From Candidatus Eiseniibacteriota bacterium (GTDB lineage: Bacteria; Eisenbacteria; RBG-16-71-46; CAVPCR01): DNA of 64,000 bases. Below the pieces are notes generated by a model. It ran no database searches and was not told where the DNA came from. It was given only the letters and a program-made list of their open reading frames with translations. The stretch covers positions 576,001 through 640,000 of the forward strand of contig CAWGMA010000004.1 in assembly GCA_963823555.1 (NCBI GenBank), read 5' to 3'. The first letter of the stretch is position 1, and the number at the start of each line of letters is the position of its first letter. The translations under genes were made by a program, and so were the position numbers. Below are positions 21,813-32,919 of the stretch, one piece after another.

Positions 21813-23296
21813 ATGCGGGGGCGGGCGGTTGTGATCGTGACGGGGGCGATCGTGACGATGCTGATCGCGACGTCGCTTCTCGGTGGCTGTGGTCGGGGCG
21901 GCGAGGAAGCCACGCCCATCGAGTCCTCGACCGCGCTCTCCTCTCGATCGGACGCCTTCCTCGATACGCTCTCCGAGCGCACCTTCCGCTTCTTCTGGGA
22001 GCTCAGCGATCCACGCACCGGGCTGGCTCCCGATCGCGCGCCCACGGAGTCCTTCGCCAGCGTGGCGGCGACCGGCTTCGCGCTCACCGCCTATCCGATC
22101 GGCGTCGAGCGCGGCTACATCTCGCGCGCCGCGGCGGCCGACGCGCTCTCACGACGCTGCGCTTCTTCTGGGAGGCGCCCCAGGGAGACTCGCCTGCGGG
22201 CACGATCGGCTACCACGGCTTCTTCTACCACTTCCTCGATCCCGAGACCGGGCATCGCTTCGGCGACGGTCGAGCTCTCCACCATGGACACGGCCCTGCT
22301 CCTGGCCGGCGCGCTCTTCTGCCAGTCCTACTTCGACGGCGCCGACGCGCGACGGAGGACAGCGATCCGCGCGCTGGCCGACTCGCTCTACGCGCGCGTC
22401 GACTGGCAGTGGGCGTCGGTCCGGCCGCCCACCATCGGCCACGGCTGGACACCCGGAGAGCGGCCACCTGCCCTACGACTGGCGCGGCTACAACGAGGCG
22501 ATGATCCTCTACCTCCTGGCGCTCGGCTCGCCCACCCACCCGGTCGCCGCCGGAGGCCTGGTCGGCCTGGACCGCGGGCTACCGCTGGGGCGAGTTCCAC
22601 GGCCAGGAGCACCTCGGCTTCGCGCCGCTCTTCGGCCACCAGTACACGCACGTCTGGATCGACTTCCGCGGCATCCGCGACGACGTACATGCGCGAGCGC
22701 GGGCATCGACTACTTCGAGAACTCGCGCCGCGCCGTGCTCGCCCAGCACGCCTACGCCATCGCGAATCCCGGCGGCTGGCGCGGGCTACGGACCGCGACC
22801 TGTGGGGACTGACCGCCTGCGACGGCCCGGTGCACCGGCACGTTCGAGATCGACGGCCGCGAGCGCGCAGTTCCACACCTACTGGGCGCGCGGCGCGTCG
22901 TTCACCGGCGTCAACGACGACGGCACGATCTGCCCCGTCGGCGGCCGGCGGCGTCGATCGCCTTCGCGCCGGAGATCGTCATCCCGACCCTGCATCGCCA
23001 TGCGCGAGACCTACGGCGAGCACCTCTTCTCCACCTACGGCTTCCTCGATGCGCTGAACCCGACCTTCACGCTCGACGTGCCGCGTCCAGCACGGCCGCG
23101 TCGATCCCGGGCGTCGGCTGGTTCGACACCGACTACCTCGGCATCGACCAGGGTCCGATCCTGGCCATGATCGAGAACCACCGCAGCGGAGCTGGTCTGG
23201 CGGACCATGCGCGCGCAACCCGCACGTGGTGCGCGGGCTGCGCGCGGCCGGGTTCACCGGCGGCTGGCTCGACGCGCGCCGGGAGCCGAGCCGTGA
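21813..23296 (+). CDS. GH144-like (glucoamylase-like) endo-beta-1,2-glucanase, lipoprotein; multiple frameshifts
   Basis: LLGGC lipobox; motifs SVAATGFALTAYPIGVERG, GYNEAMILY, PLFGHQY, WGLTACDGP, GIDQGP spread over frames. Confidence 0.75.
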
Positions 23297-24644
23297 GCGC
23301 GCTGCGGCCAGTCGCCGCGATCGCTGCGCGCTCGTGGCGCGCTCGTGCTCCTGCCTCGCCGGCTGCGGCCGCGGGTGCGACGCGGCGATCGGGTCACCGT
23401 CTGCGCTTCTGGGCCATGGGCCGCGAGGGCGAGGTCGTCCAGGAGCTGGTGCGCGACTTCGAGCGCGAGAACCCCGGACATCCGCGTCGAGGTGCAGCAG
23501 ATCCCCTGGTCCGCCGCCCACGAGAAGCTGCTGACCGCCTATCGTCGGGCGGCTCCACGCCGGACCTCGCCCAGCTCGGGCAACACCTGGATCGCCGAGT
23601 TCGCCGCCCTCGGGCGCTCGCGCCGCTCGAGCCGCTGGGTCGCCGCCTCGGCCGCGGTCGATTCCGACGGCGCTACTTCCCCGGCATCTGGGACACCAAC
23701 GTCATCGACGGCGTGCTCTACGGCGTGCCCTGGTACGTCGACACGCGCGTGCTCTTCTACCGCAGCGACCTCCTGGCGCGCGGCCGGCTACGACTCGATG
23801 CCCGCGCACCTGGGACGGCTGGCGCGCGGCCATGGCGGCGGTCGAAGCGCGGCGGTCGGGGCCGGACCGCTACGCCATCTTCCTGCCCATCAACGAGTGG
23901 ACCCAGCCGGTGATCCTCGGCCTGCAGGCGGGCTCGCCGCTGCTGGCCGACGACGACACCCGCGGCGCCTTCTCGCGCGCCCGAGTTCCGCCGCGCCTTC
24001 GCCTTCTACCTGGATCTGTTCCGCGACGGCCTGGCGCCCGCCGGTGAGCAACAACGAGATCGCGAACCTCTACCAGGAGTTCGCGCGCGGCTACCTTCGC
24101 CATGTACATCACCGGCCCCTGGAACCTGGGCGAGTTCCGGCGCCGCCTGCCGCCCGAGCTGCAGGACGCCTGGGCCACCGCGCCGCTGCCCGGGCCCGAC
24201 GGCGCGACGTCCGGGCGTGTCGCTGGCCGGCGGCTCGAGCCTGGTCGTCTTCCGCGGCTCGCGCAGCACAAGGAGGCGGCCTGGCGGCTCGATCGAGTTC
24301 CTGTCGCGGCCCGAGCAGCAGGTCCGCTTCTTCCAGCTGACCGGCGATCTGCCGGCGCGCATCGCGAGGCCTGGGAGGACCCGGCGCTGGCCGCGCGATC
24401 CCCACGCTGCGCGCCTTCGGCGAGCAGCTCGCAGCGCGTGGTCGCCGACGCCCAAGATCCCCGAGTGGGAGCAGATCGCCACCCGCGTGCAGGAGCGCGC
24501 CGAGCAGGCGATCCGCGGCGCGCGTCCGCCCGACGCGGCGCTGGCGCAGCTCGACCGCGACGTGGACCGCATCCTCGAGAAGCGGCGCTGGCTGCTCGAG
24601 CGCGGCGGCCCGAGCCGCCGCGAGCCGGGAGGAGGACGCCATGA
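23293..24644 (+). CDS. Sugar ABC transporter substrate-binding protein; frameshifted
   Basis: LRFWAMGREGEVV, QQIPWSAAHEKLLTA, GVPWYVDTRVLFYR, PKIPEWEQIA across frames. Confidence 0.8.
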
Positions 24645-25552
24645 GCGCGCTGCTCGAGCGCCAGCAGGCACGCGCCGGCCTGGCTCTTCCTCGCCCCGGC
24701 GCTCGGCTCTGATCGCGCGTCTTCTTCTTCGCTGCCGGTGCTCGCCGGCCTGCTGCTCAGCCTGACCGACTTCGACATCTACGCCATCGGCGCACCCGGG
24801 CACCGCGCGCTTCGTCGGGCTGCGACAACTACGCCGCAGCTGCTGCACGAGCCCGACTGTTCTGGCAGGCGCTGCGGCAACACGCTCTACTTCGTGCTCG
24901 TCGGCGGCCCGCTGTCGGTGCTCGTCTCGCTGGGCGCGGCGCTGCTGCTCAACGCGCGCTGCGTGCGGCTGCGCGAGCCTCTTCCGCACCATCTACTTCG
25001 CCCCGGTGGTGACCACGCTGGTCGCGGTGGCCATCGTCTGGCGCTACCTCTACCACCCGCGCTACGGCCTGCTGAACTACGCTGCTCGGGCTGGTCGGGC
25101 ATCGGCCCGATCGACTGGCTGGGCGATCCCGCACTGGGCCATGCCGGCGATCATCCTGCTCGCGGTGTGGAAGAACTTCGGCTACAACATGCTCATCTTC
25201 GTCGCCGGCCTGCAGAGCATCCCCGAGGAGCTGTACGAGGCCGCCGCCATCGACGGCGCCGGCGCCTGGCGCCGCTTCCGCCACATCACCCTGCCGGGCC
25301 TCGCGCCCGACCTTCCTGTTCGTCGGCGTCACCACCATGATCGGCTACTTCCAGCTCTTCGCCGAGCCCTACGTGATGACCCAGGGCGGGCCGCTGCGGC
25401 GCGCACGCGCAGCGTCGTGCTGCTCATGTACGAGGAGGGCTTCCGCTGGTGGCGGATGGGCATGGCCTCGACCATCGCGTTCGTGCTGCTGCGTGATCAC
25501 GCTCGTCGGCACGCTGCGTCCAGCTGCGCCTGCAGCCGGGAGCGGCGCATGA
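24641..25552 (+). CDS. Sugar ABC transporter permease 1; frameshifted
   Basis: LSLTDFDIYA, VWKNFGYNMLIFVAGLQSIPEELYEAAAIDGA (EAA loop), MTQGGP; ATGA overlaps on both sides. Confidence 0.85.
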
Positions 25553-26390
25553 GGCGACGCGCTCGGGCACGGTCGCTGCTGCACGCTGGCGCTCGTCGCT
25601 CGGCGCGCGTGCGTCACGCTGACGCCGCTGGTCTGGATGGTGTCGGCCTCGTTCATGCCGCCGGGCGAGGCCAACTACGCTCCCGCCGCCGCTTCCTGCC
25701 CGGCACGTCCGACCCTCGAGCACTACGTCGCGCTCTTCACCCGGCTCGACCTGGCGCGCCACTTCCTCAACAGCGCGCTGATCACGGTGCTGGCGACGGT
25801 GCTCTCGGTGCTGGTCAACTCGCTGGCCGGCTACGCCTTCGCCAAGCTGCCGCTTCCGCGGTCGCGACCGGCTCTTCAGCGGACTCGCGCTGGCGCTCTG
25901 GTCGTCCCGGCGCAGGTGGGCATGCTGCCGCTCTTCCTGCTGCTGCGCGAGCTGGGCCTGGTCAACACCTACGTCGGGGTGCATGATCCCGTACCTGGCC
26001 AGCATCTTCGGCATCTTCCTGATCCGCCAGTACGCGCTCGAGCGTGCCCGACGAGCTGCTCGACGCCGCGCGCATCGACGGCGCCGGCGAGTTCCGCATC
26101 TTCCGGCATCGTGGTCCTGCCGGTCATCCGCCCGATCCTGGTCACGCTGGCGACCTTCACCTTCCTGAGCGCCTGGAACGACTTCATGTGGCCGCTGATC
26201 ATCCTCAGCGACAGCGCGCATGTACACGCTGCCGGTGGCCCTGGCCAACCTGGTCGGGCGAGCACGTGCAGGACACCGAGCTGATGATGGCCGGCTCGGT
26301 GCTGACCGATCCTGCCGGCCCTCGTCGGTGTTCCTCGTCTTCCAGCGGACCTACGTCCGCGGCATCATGGCCGGGAGCGTGAAGGGATGA
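25549..26390 (+). CDS. Sugar ABC transporter permease 2; frameshifted
   Basis: FLNS, AGYAFAKL, PDELLDAARIDGA, WNDFMWPL, MAGSVKG stop. Confidence 0.85.
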
Positions 26391-29300
26391 GGCGTCTCGC
26401 GTGGACCTGCTGGCGCTCGCGCTGGCGCCGTGCTGCGCTGGCGCGCGGCGCTCCGGCGCGCGGCGGCGACGAGCGCGCTCGTCGATCGACGACTTCGAGG
26501 ACGTCGCGGCGCTGGACGGCCCATCCCGGCCGACGGCGTCGAGCTCGCGATCTGCGTCCGACGACGGGCGTCACGGCCGCGCCCTGCGCCTCGACTTCGG
26601 CTTCACCGGCGGCGGCTACGCCATCGCCCGCACGCGAGGTCGACCTCGACTCTGCCGGACGAACTACGCCTTCTCGCTTCCGCATCCGGGGCGAGGCGCC
26701 GCCCAACCACCTCGAGTTCAAGCTGATCGACGCGAGCGGCGAGAACGTCTGGTGGTCGGTCCGCCGCGACGTCGAGTTCCCGCGCGAGTGGCGAGCCGTT
26801 CACGATCAAGAAGCGACAGATCGCGTTCGCCTGGGGGCCGCGCGGGCGGCGGCGAGATCCGCGCACGTCGCCGCGATCGAGTTCGCGATCACCGCGGGCA
26901 GCGGGGGCGCGGGCACGGTGTGGATCGACGACCTTGACGCTCGACGCCGCTGCCGCCGCCGGACGCGCCGCCGCCGGCGCCCGTGGCGCGCGCGTCCTCG
27001 GCGCGGCGCGGGCACGGGCGCGGCGCTGGCCCTCGACGGCGATCCGACGACCGCGTGGCGCCCGGCGGCCGGCGATCGCGCGCCCTGGCTCGCGCTCGAC
27101 CTCGGCGGGGCGCGCGAGTACGGCGGGCTCGTCCTCGACTGGGCGCCGGTGGCGGCGCCGCGGACTACGTGGTCGAGGTGTCGGACGACGGGCGCGACGT
27201 GGCGCGTCGCGCGCACGGTCACGGGCGGCAACGGCGGGCGCGACTACCTCTACCTCCCGGAGACCGAGTCGCGCCACCTGCGGGTGCGGCTGACGGGCGG
27301 GCCGGAGGCGACGCGCGGCGCGGCGCTCGCCGAGATCACGATCGAGCCGCTGGCCTGGTCGGCCACGCGCGAGGACTTCTTCCAGGCCATCGCCGCCGAC
27401 GCGCCGCGCGGGCTGCTACCCGCGCGGGATCTCGGGCGAGCAGGTCGTACTGGACGGTGGTCGGCGCCGACCACGACCCGCGAGGAGGTCCTCCTCAGCG
27501 AGGACGGGGCGATCGAGACGCGGGAGCGAGCGGCTTCTCGATCGAGCCGTTCCTCGTGGTGGGCGGAACGCTCCTGACCTGGGCCGACGTGGAGCCGAGC
27601 AGTCCCTGGTGCGACGGCGGCCTGCCGATCCCCACCGTGACGCTGGACGTCGCGCGGCGCTCGCGCCTCGACGATCACCGCGTTCGCGACGGGCGATCCG
27701 GGCGCGTCGTCGATCGTCGTCCCGCTACCGCGTCCTCAACCACGGCGCCGGCGCGGCGCCAGGCGACCCTGTACCTCGCCCTGCGCCCGTTCCAGGTGAA
27801 TCCGCCCGCGCAGTTCCTGAACATGCCCGGCGGCACAGCGCCGATCCGTGATCATCGCGCGCTCGACGGAGCGACCGTGTTCGTCGAACGGCCGGCCGGC
27901 GTTCTCCTGCCGCACCCCGCCCGTCGGACTTCGGGGCCGCGACGTTCGACCAGGGCGACGTCGGTGGCCGACTACCTGGCGCCAGGAGCGGCTGCCGGCG
28001 GACGACCGCGGTCGAGGATCCCTTCGGCGCCGCGTCCGGCGTCCTGGCCTTCCCCTGGCGATCGGTCCGTCGGTGCGACCGGCAGCGGGCAAGGCCGAGG
28101 TGGACATCGTCATTCCGCTCTACGCGGCTCGCCCGCCGCCGCCCGGCCGGCCGCGGATGCCGGCCGCCCCGGGCGAGCTCGGCGCCGACCGGGCGGACTC
28201 GGTGTCGCTCGCCGCGGGGCGCCTGGCGATCGACGCTGGAGCGGCCGCGATCGAGCTTCGCCGCGCCGCGAACCGGCCGAGTGGATCGATCGAACCCTCC
28301 GTGCGCCAGCTCGCGCTACATCCTCGTCAACCGCGCCGGCCCCGCGATCCAGCCCGGCGCGCGCTCCTACGCGCGCTCGTGGATCCGCGACGGCGCGCTC
28401 ACCTCGTCGGCGCTGCTGCGCCTCGGCCACGCGGATGCGGTGCGCGAGTTCATCGAGTGGTTCGCGCCGCACCAGTACGCGAACGGCAAGATCCCCTGCG
28501 TGGTCGACGGGCGCGGCGCCGATCCGGTGCCCGAGCACGACTCCAGCGGCGAGTTCATCTTCCTGGTCGCCGAGTACTACCGCTACACGCGGCGATCGCG
28601 GCGCTGGTCGAGCGAGATGTGGCCGCGGGTCGCGCGCGGCGGCGGCCTACCTCGACTCGCTGCCGCCACGAGCGCCGGACGCCGCGAGTACGCAGCGCCC
28701 GAGAAGCGCGCACTTCTACGGGCTCCTGCCGCCGTCGATCAGCCACGAGGGCTACTCGGCCAAGCCGATGCACTCCTACTGGGACGATTTCTTCGCCCTG
28801 CGCGGCTTCAAGGACGCGGCCTTCCTGGCCGGCGAGCTGGGCCGACGCGGACGACGCGGCGCGCGCTGGCCGCGATCGCGCGACGAGTTCGCCGCCGACC
28901 TCGCCGCCTCGGTCGCGGCGGCGCATGCCGCGTGCACGGCATCGACTACGTGCCCGGCTGCGCCGATCTCGGCGACTTCGACGCCACCTCGACCACCATC
29001 GCCCTCGCGCCGACCGGCGCCGGCCGCGATCCTGCCGCGCGGCGCGCTCGAGCGCACCTTCGAGCGCTACTGGGAGTTCTTCACGGCGCGCCGCGACGGC
29101 GCGCCGTGGGAGGCGTTCACGCCCTACGAGATGCGCAACATCGGCGCCTTCGTGCGCCTCGGCTGGCGCGAGCGCGCCCAGGAGCTGCTCGACTTCTTCC
29201 TGGCCCACCAGCAGCCGGCCGGCTGGCGCCAGTGGGCCGAGGTCGGTCTGGCGCGACGACCGCGCGCCCGCGCTTCCTCGGCGACATGCCCGCACACCTG

Positions 29301-29664
29301 GGTGGGCTCGGACTACGTCCGCTCGGTGCTCGACATGTTCGCCTACGAGCGGGAGGCCGACTCGACCCTGGTCGTCGGCGCCGGCGTGCCGATCGAGTGG
29401 CTCGTCTCGGACCCCCGGATCTCCGTGCTGAACCTGAGCACGCACTACGGGCCGCTCTCCTTCACCATGCGGCGCGCTGGCGACGGCGTCGAGGTCGCGA
29501 TCGAGGCCGGGACTCGCATCCCGCCGGGCGGAATCGCCGTCTCGACCCCGCTTGCGGCCATCCGGTCCGCCACCGTCAACGGCGCCCGCGTCGAGCCGGG
29601 CCCCACAGGCGAGATCCTGGTCCGCAAGCTCCCGGCGACCGTCCTCGCCACCCCCGAGCCATGA
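26387..29664 (+). CDS. Secreted multidomain protein: discoidin (F5/8 type C) domain plus six-hairpin glycosidase-like domain; frameshifted
   Basis: ALDGDPTTAW discoidin motif; IQPGARSYARSWIRDG, PEHDS, SISHEGY, HSYWDDF, HTWVGSDY. Confidence 0.75.
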
Positions 29665-29700
29665 ATCCGCTCCCGCCGTGGCCTCGATCTAACTCTTTTC

Positions 29701-29730
29701 TTGATAAGCAGATGAGAATATGTGTAGAAT
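29701..29730 (+). promoter_or_regulatory. Sigma70-like promoter for the Omp28-like gene
   Basis: TTGATA-N18-TAGAAT in an AT-rich patch 56 nt upstream of ATG 29787. Confidence 0.55.
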
Positions 29731-29786
29731 GGACCCGGTCAGGCAAGTCCCTGGCCGCTGTCCATATCCAGCCAGGAGGTCAGCCA

Positions 29787-31866
29787 ATGAGGACGCTTGC
29801 TCTCGCCGGTACGCTGCTCGCTCTGATCGGGCTTGCGAGCCTGGTCACCGCCGAACCCAGGATGGTGCTCATCGAAGAATTCACGAACACATCTTGACCG
29901 TCCTGCCCTGCAGCCAGCCGTGTGCTGGACCAGATCATGTCGCGTCATCCCGAGATGCTCGCCACCATCGCCATTCACGGCTGGTGGCCCGGGTCGGGCG
30001 ATCCCTTCTACGTCGCCAACATCGATGAGAACCGCGCCCGGATCACCTACTACGGCGTCAACTACACGCCGCACACTTACTTCGACGGCATCATCGACGG
30101 CACCTACGCCGGCCCCTGGGAGCAGATGATCCTCGACCGGGCGGCCATTCCGAGCCCGCTCCGCATCGAGCTCTCCGGCGATCCGGTCGCCCACACCATC
30201 ACCGCCGAGGTCACGAACACGAGCGGCGCCGCGGTGACGGGGACGCTCCACTTCGTCATCACCGAGAGCGATGTCAACCCGCCGGCCGGTTCGACCTATC
30301 GCTTGCCGCAGAAGCTCAATCATGGCATGCGTGACTTCTTCCCCGATGTCACGGGTGAAGTCATCACGTTCTCGCCTGGCGTGCCGGTCTCGCGCACGCA
30401 GACCTTCACCCTCGGCCCCTGGCTCGAACCGAATCTCGAGTGCGTGGTCTTCGTGCAGAACGACACCTCGAAGGAGGTCTACCAGGCGGCGAAGATCGCC
30501 TTCCTGCTCAATCAGCCCGAGCTGGTCGTGACCGGCATCCAGGTCGATGACACGGTGGGGGGCAACGGGGACGGTCGGCTCGACCCCGGCGAGAACGCGG
30601 ATGTCTCGCTCACGCTCATGAACCTGAACCCGATCGATGCGACGACGGTCCTCGGGGCGCTCTCGACGAGCGACAACTACGTCACGGTCACCGACGACAC
30701 GGGCAGCTGGCCCGATATCCCGGGCCTGGGTTCCGGCAACAACAGCGGGGATCCCTTCGCGGTGAGCATTGCCGCGGGAGCACCCTGGGGTTACGAGCTC
30801 CCGTTCAATCTCGATCTCCTGGCGAACGGGGGCTACGTGAAGCAGCTGACCCTGACCCTCGGCATCGGCTCGCCCGATGACCCGATCGGGGCAGACAGCT
30901 ACGGTTACTTCGCCTACGAGGATGCCGATGATCCAGGAGTCGTCCCGCGCCCGGTCTACAACTGGGTGGAGATCGATCCCAATCTCGGTGCGGCCGGGGA
31001 CCCTGGTCACGCTGGCCGACGATCAGACCGTGCAGCGGACGATGTCGTTCAACTTCAAGCTGTACGGCAACGTCGACAACCGGATCTCGATCTCCTCGAA
31101 CGGCTTCCTGGCGCTGGGCGTGACCTCGGAGAACGCGGTCTCGAACGGCGCGATCCCCGGACCCGAGGGACCGCCGAAGATGATCGCCGGCTTCTGGACC
31201 GACCTGAACCCGGTGGCTGCCGGTGGCGGCAAGGTCTATGCGTGGGACGATGCCGCGGGTGGTCGCTACATCGTCGAGTTCAGCGGTGTCGAGCACTACC
31301 ACGACACCGGGCAAGGATTGCCGGAGACCTTCCAGTTCATTCTCTACAATCCGGACATGCATCCGACCCAGTCGGGCGATGGGCAGATCGACATCCAGTA
31401 CATGCTGGTGAGCGATGCCTCGGGGTGCACGGTCGGGATCGAGAACGAGACCGAGACGGTCGGCATCCAGTACCTGGCCAACGGCGACGTGAACGCGGCG
31501 GCCTTCGGCCTCGAAGCCGGGCGCGCGATCAGGTTCACCACCACGGGCCCGAATGGCACGGCGAGTGTCGAGGATCCGCTGGCGGCTCCGGGCCTGACGC
31601 GGGTCTCCGTGCGGCCGAACCCGTTCCGCGGCGCCACGGCGATCAACTACACCATTCCCCACGAGAGCGCGGTGACGCTCCGGCTCTACGGTGCGGATGG
31701 GCGGCTCCTGCGGACGTTGATCGATGGCCCTCTGGCCGCCGGTCCGGGAACCGTGAGCTGGGATGGACGGGATGGACGGGGGAACGATGTTCCCGCTGGC
31801 ATCTACTTCTATCGCCTCTCCGGTGAGGAGTTCGAGGTCGCGGGCAAGCTGACGCGGCTGCGGTAA
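29787..31866 (+). CDS. Secreted Omp28/thioredoxin-fold protein with UxxC motif (candidate selenoprotein), Ig-like middle domains and FlgD/T9SS-like C-terminal domain; one frameshift near 30990
   Basis: AGGAGGT RBS, signal peptide, MVLIEEFTNTS-UGA-PSC continuing in frame into IHGWWPGSGDPFY...YYGVNYTPHTYFDG; C-terminus RPNPF...WDGRD...AGIYFYRL. Confidence 0.8.
29895..29933 (+). promoter_or_regulatory. In-frame UGA plus candidate bacterial SECIS stem-loop
   Basis: CTG-cag-CCAGC-cgtgt-GCTGG-ac-CAG; the loop starts 21 nt after UGA and has G at its second position followed by U. Confidence 0.6.
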
Positions 31867-31869
31867 CAC

Positions 31870-31941
31870 CGCTCAGGGCGGCACCTGAGCGACCTGCCAA
31901 GAGCGAGGCCCTCTCCGTTGCGGACCGGGGAGGGCCTCGCT
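31870..31941 (+). terminator. Two hairpins downstream of the Omp28-like gene (terminator-like, no U-tract)
   Basis: CGCTCAGG-N6-CCTGAGCG (31870-31891) and AGCGAGGCCCTCTCCG-N8-CGGGGAGGGCCTCGCT (31902-31941). Confidence 0.55.
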
Positions 31942-32062
31942 GCGTCCGGGGAGCATCGTGCGAAACGCCCGGCCGGCTCGCACGAAGCATGAGCCGATGG
32001 CCCCGGCGCCGCGTATCGACGCCGCTCGCGAGCCGGCATGAGATCTGCAAGCTGCATGTCCC

Positions 32063-32548
32063 ATGCGCCTCCGTCTTCTCCCCCTTACCCTCGCCCTGGG
32101 TCTGGTTCTCGTCGCCTGCAGCGACTCCGGGGACCCGACCGCGCCCTTCGCGCCGCCTGACACGCCGCCAGCGGTCAACCCGGCGGTCGCCGAGTTCGTG
32201 ACGCTCGTGAACGCGCACCGCACGGCGCTCGGCCTCGCCCTGCTCGAGTGGGATGCCGAGGTCGCCGGCGTCGCCCAGGCGCACAGCGAGGACATGGTTG
32301 CCCGCGGGTTCTTCAGCCACGTGAACCCCGACGGCGACTCCCCGTTCGATCGCCTGCGTGCCGCCGGCATCGCCTATGCGGCGGCGGGGGAGAACATCGC
32401 CTACGGCTACCCGACGCCGGCGACCGTGCTCGAGGCCTGGCTCGGGAGCGACGGGCACCGGGCCAACATCGAGAACGCGAACTACACGCACCACGGTGTC
32501 GGTCTCGCGGGGACGCACTGGACGCACGTGTTCGTGCGGAAACCGTAG
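32063..32548 (+). CDS. CAP (SCP/YkwD-like) domain lipoprotein
   Basis: LVAC lipobox; VNAHR, AQAHSEDM, FFSH, GENIA, WLGSDGHRANI. Confidence 0.92.
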   Translation: MRLRLLPLTLALGLVLVACSDSGDPTAPFAPPDTPPAVNPAVAEFVTLVNAHRTALGLALLEWDAEVAGVAQAHSEDMVARGFFSHVNPDGDSPFDRLRAAGIAYAAAGENIAYGYPTPATVLEAWLGSDGHRANIENANYTHHGVGLAGTHWTHVFVRKP

Positions 32549-32593
32549 GTTTCGTCATCAGCGGGAGGCCGTTTCCAGCATCTTGACCGCCCC

Positions 32594-32623
32594 TTGACGC
32601 GGCAGAACCCGTTGCCGTACCAT
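32594..32623 (+). promoter_or_regulatory. Sigma70-like promoter for the small-peptide/NoeA-like cassette
   Basis: TTGACG-N18-TACCAT upstream of ATG 32680. Confidence 0.45.
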
Positions 32624-32679
32624 CATTTTGTGCCCTTCATGTGTATCGCAATGTGCAGTCGACGGGGGTAAATGACCCA

Positions 32680-32919
32680 ATGAAGTCTCTAGCACGCCAT
32701 CGTGCGGTGCTGTTAGCTGTTCCGGTCCTGGTACTGCTCGTCGCGCGGAACGCGTACGCGTACATCGACCCCAACACGGGCAGCATGCTGCTACAGATCA
32801 TCATCGGTTCGGTGCTGGGCGCTGCGGCCGCTATCGGGGTGTTCAGAGCCCAGGCTGCCCGCTTCTTCAGGCGGCTCTTCGGGTTGGAAAAGAACAACAA
32901 CAGCACCGATGAAAGCTGA
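32680..32919 (+). CDS. Small membrane protein with 'AYIDPxTGS' motif
   Basis: Signal-like N-terminus ending AYA, then YIDPNTGSMLLQ, a TM helix and a basic tail; overlaps the next gene's start. Confidence 0.7.
   Translation: MKSLARHRAVLLAVPVLVLLVARNAYAYIDPNTGSMLLQIIIGSVLGAAAAIGVFRAQAARFFRRLFGLEKNNNSTDES

Noticed and set aside
21813..29664. Calling the ABC/GH genes true pseudogenes or programmed frameshift genes
   Set aside because: The indels are scattered without slippery motifs and protein motifs are intact; sequencing error is more parsimonious.
28281..29897. 538-aa ORF apparently fusing the glycosidase to the Omp28 signal peptide
   Set aside because: Chance open frame produced by frameshifts; a separate promoter and RBS precede ATG 29787.
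31760..31781. Short tandem GGGATGGAC repeat
   Set aside because: It encodes the WDGRDGRG motif of the FlgD-like domain.
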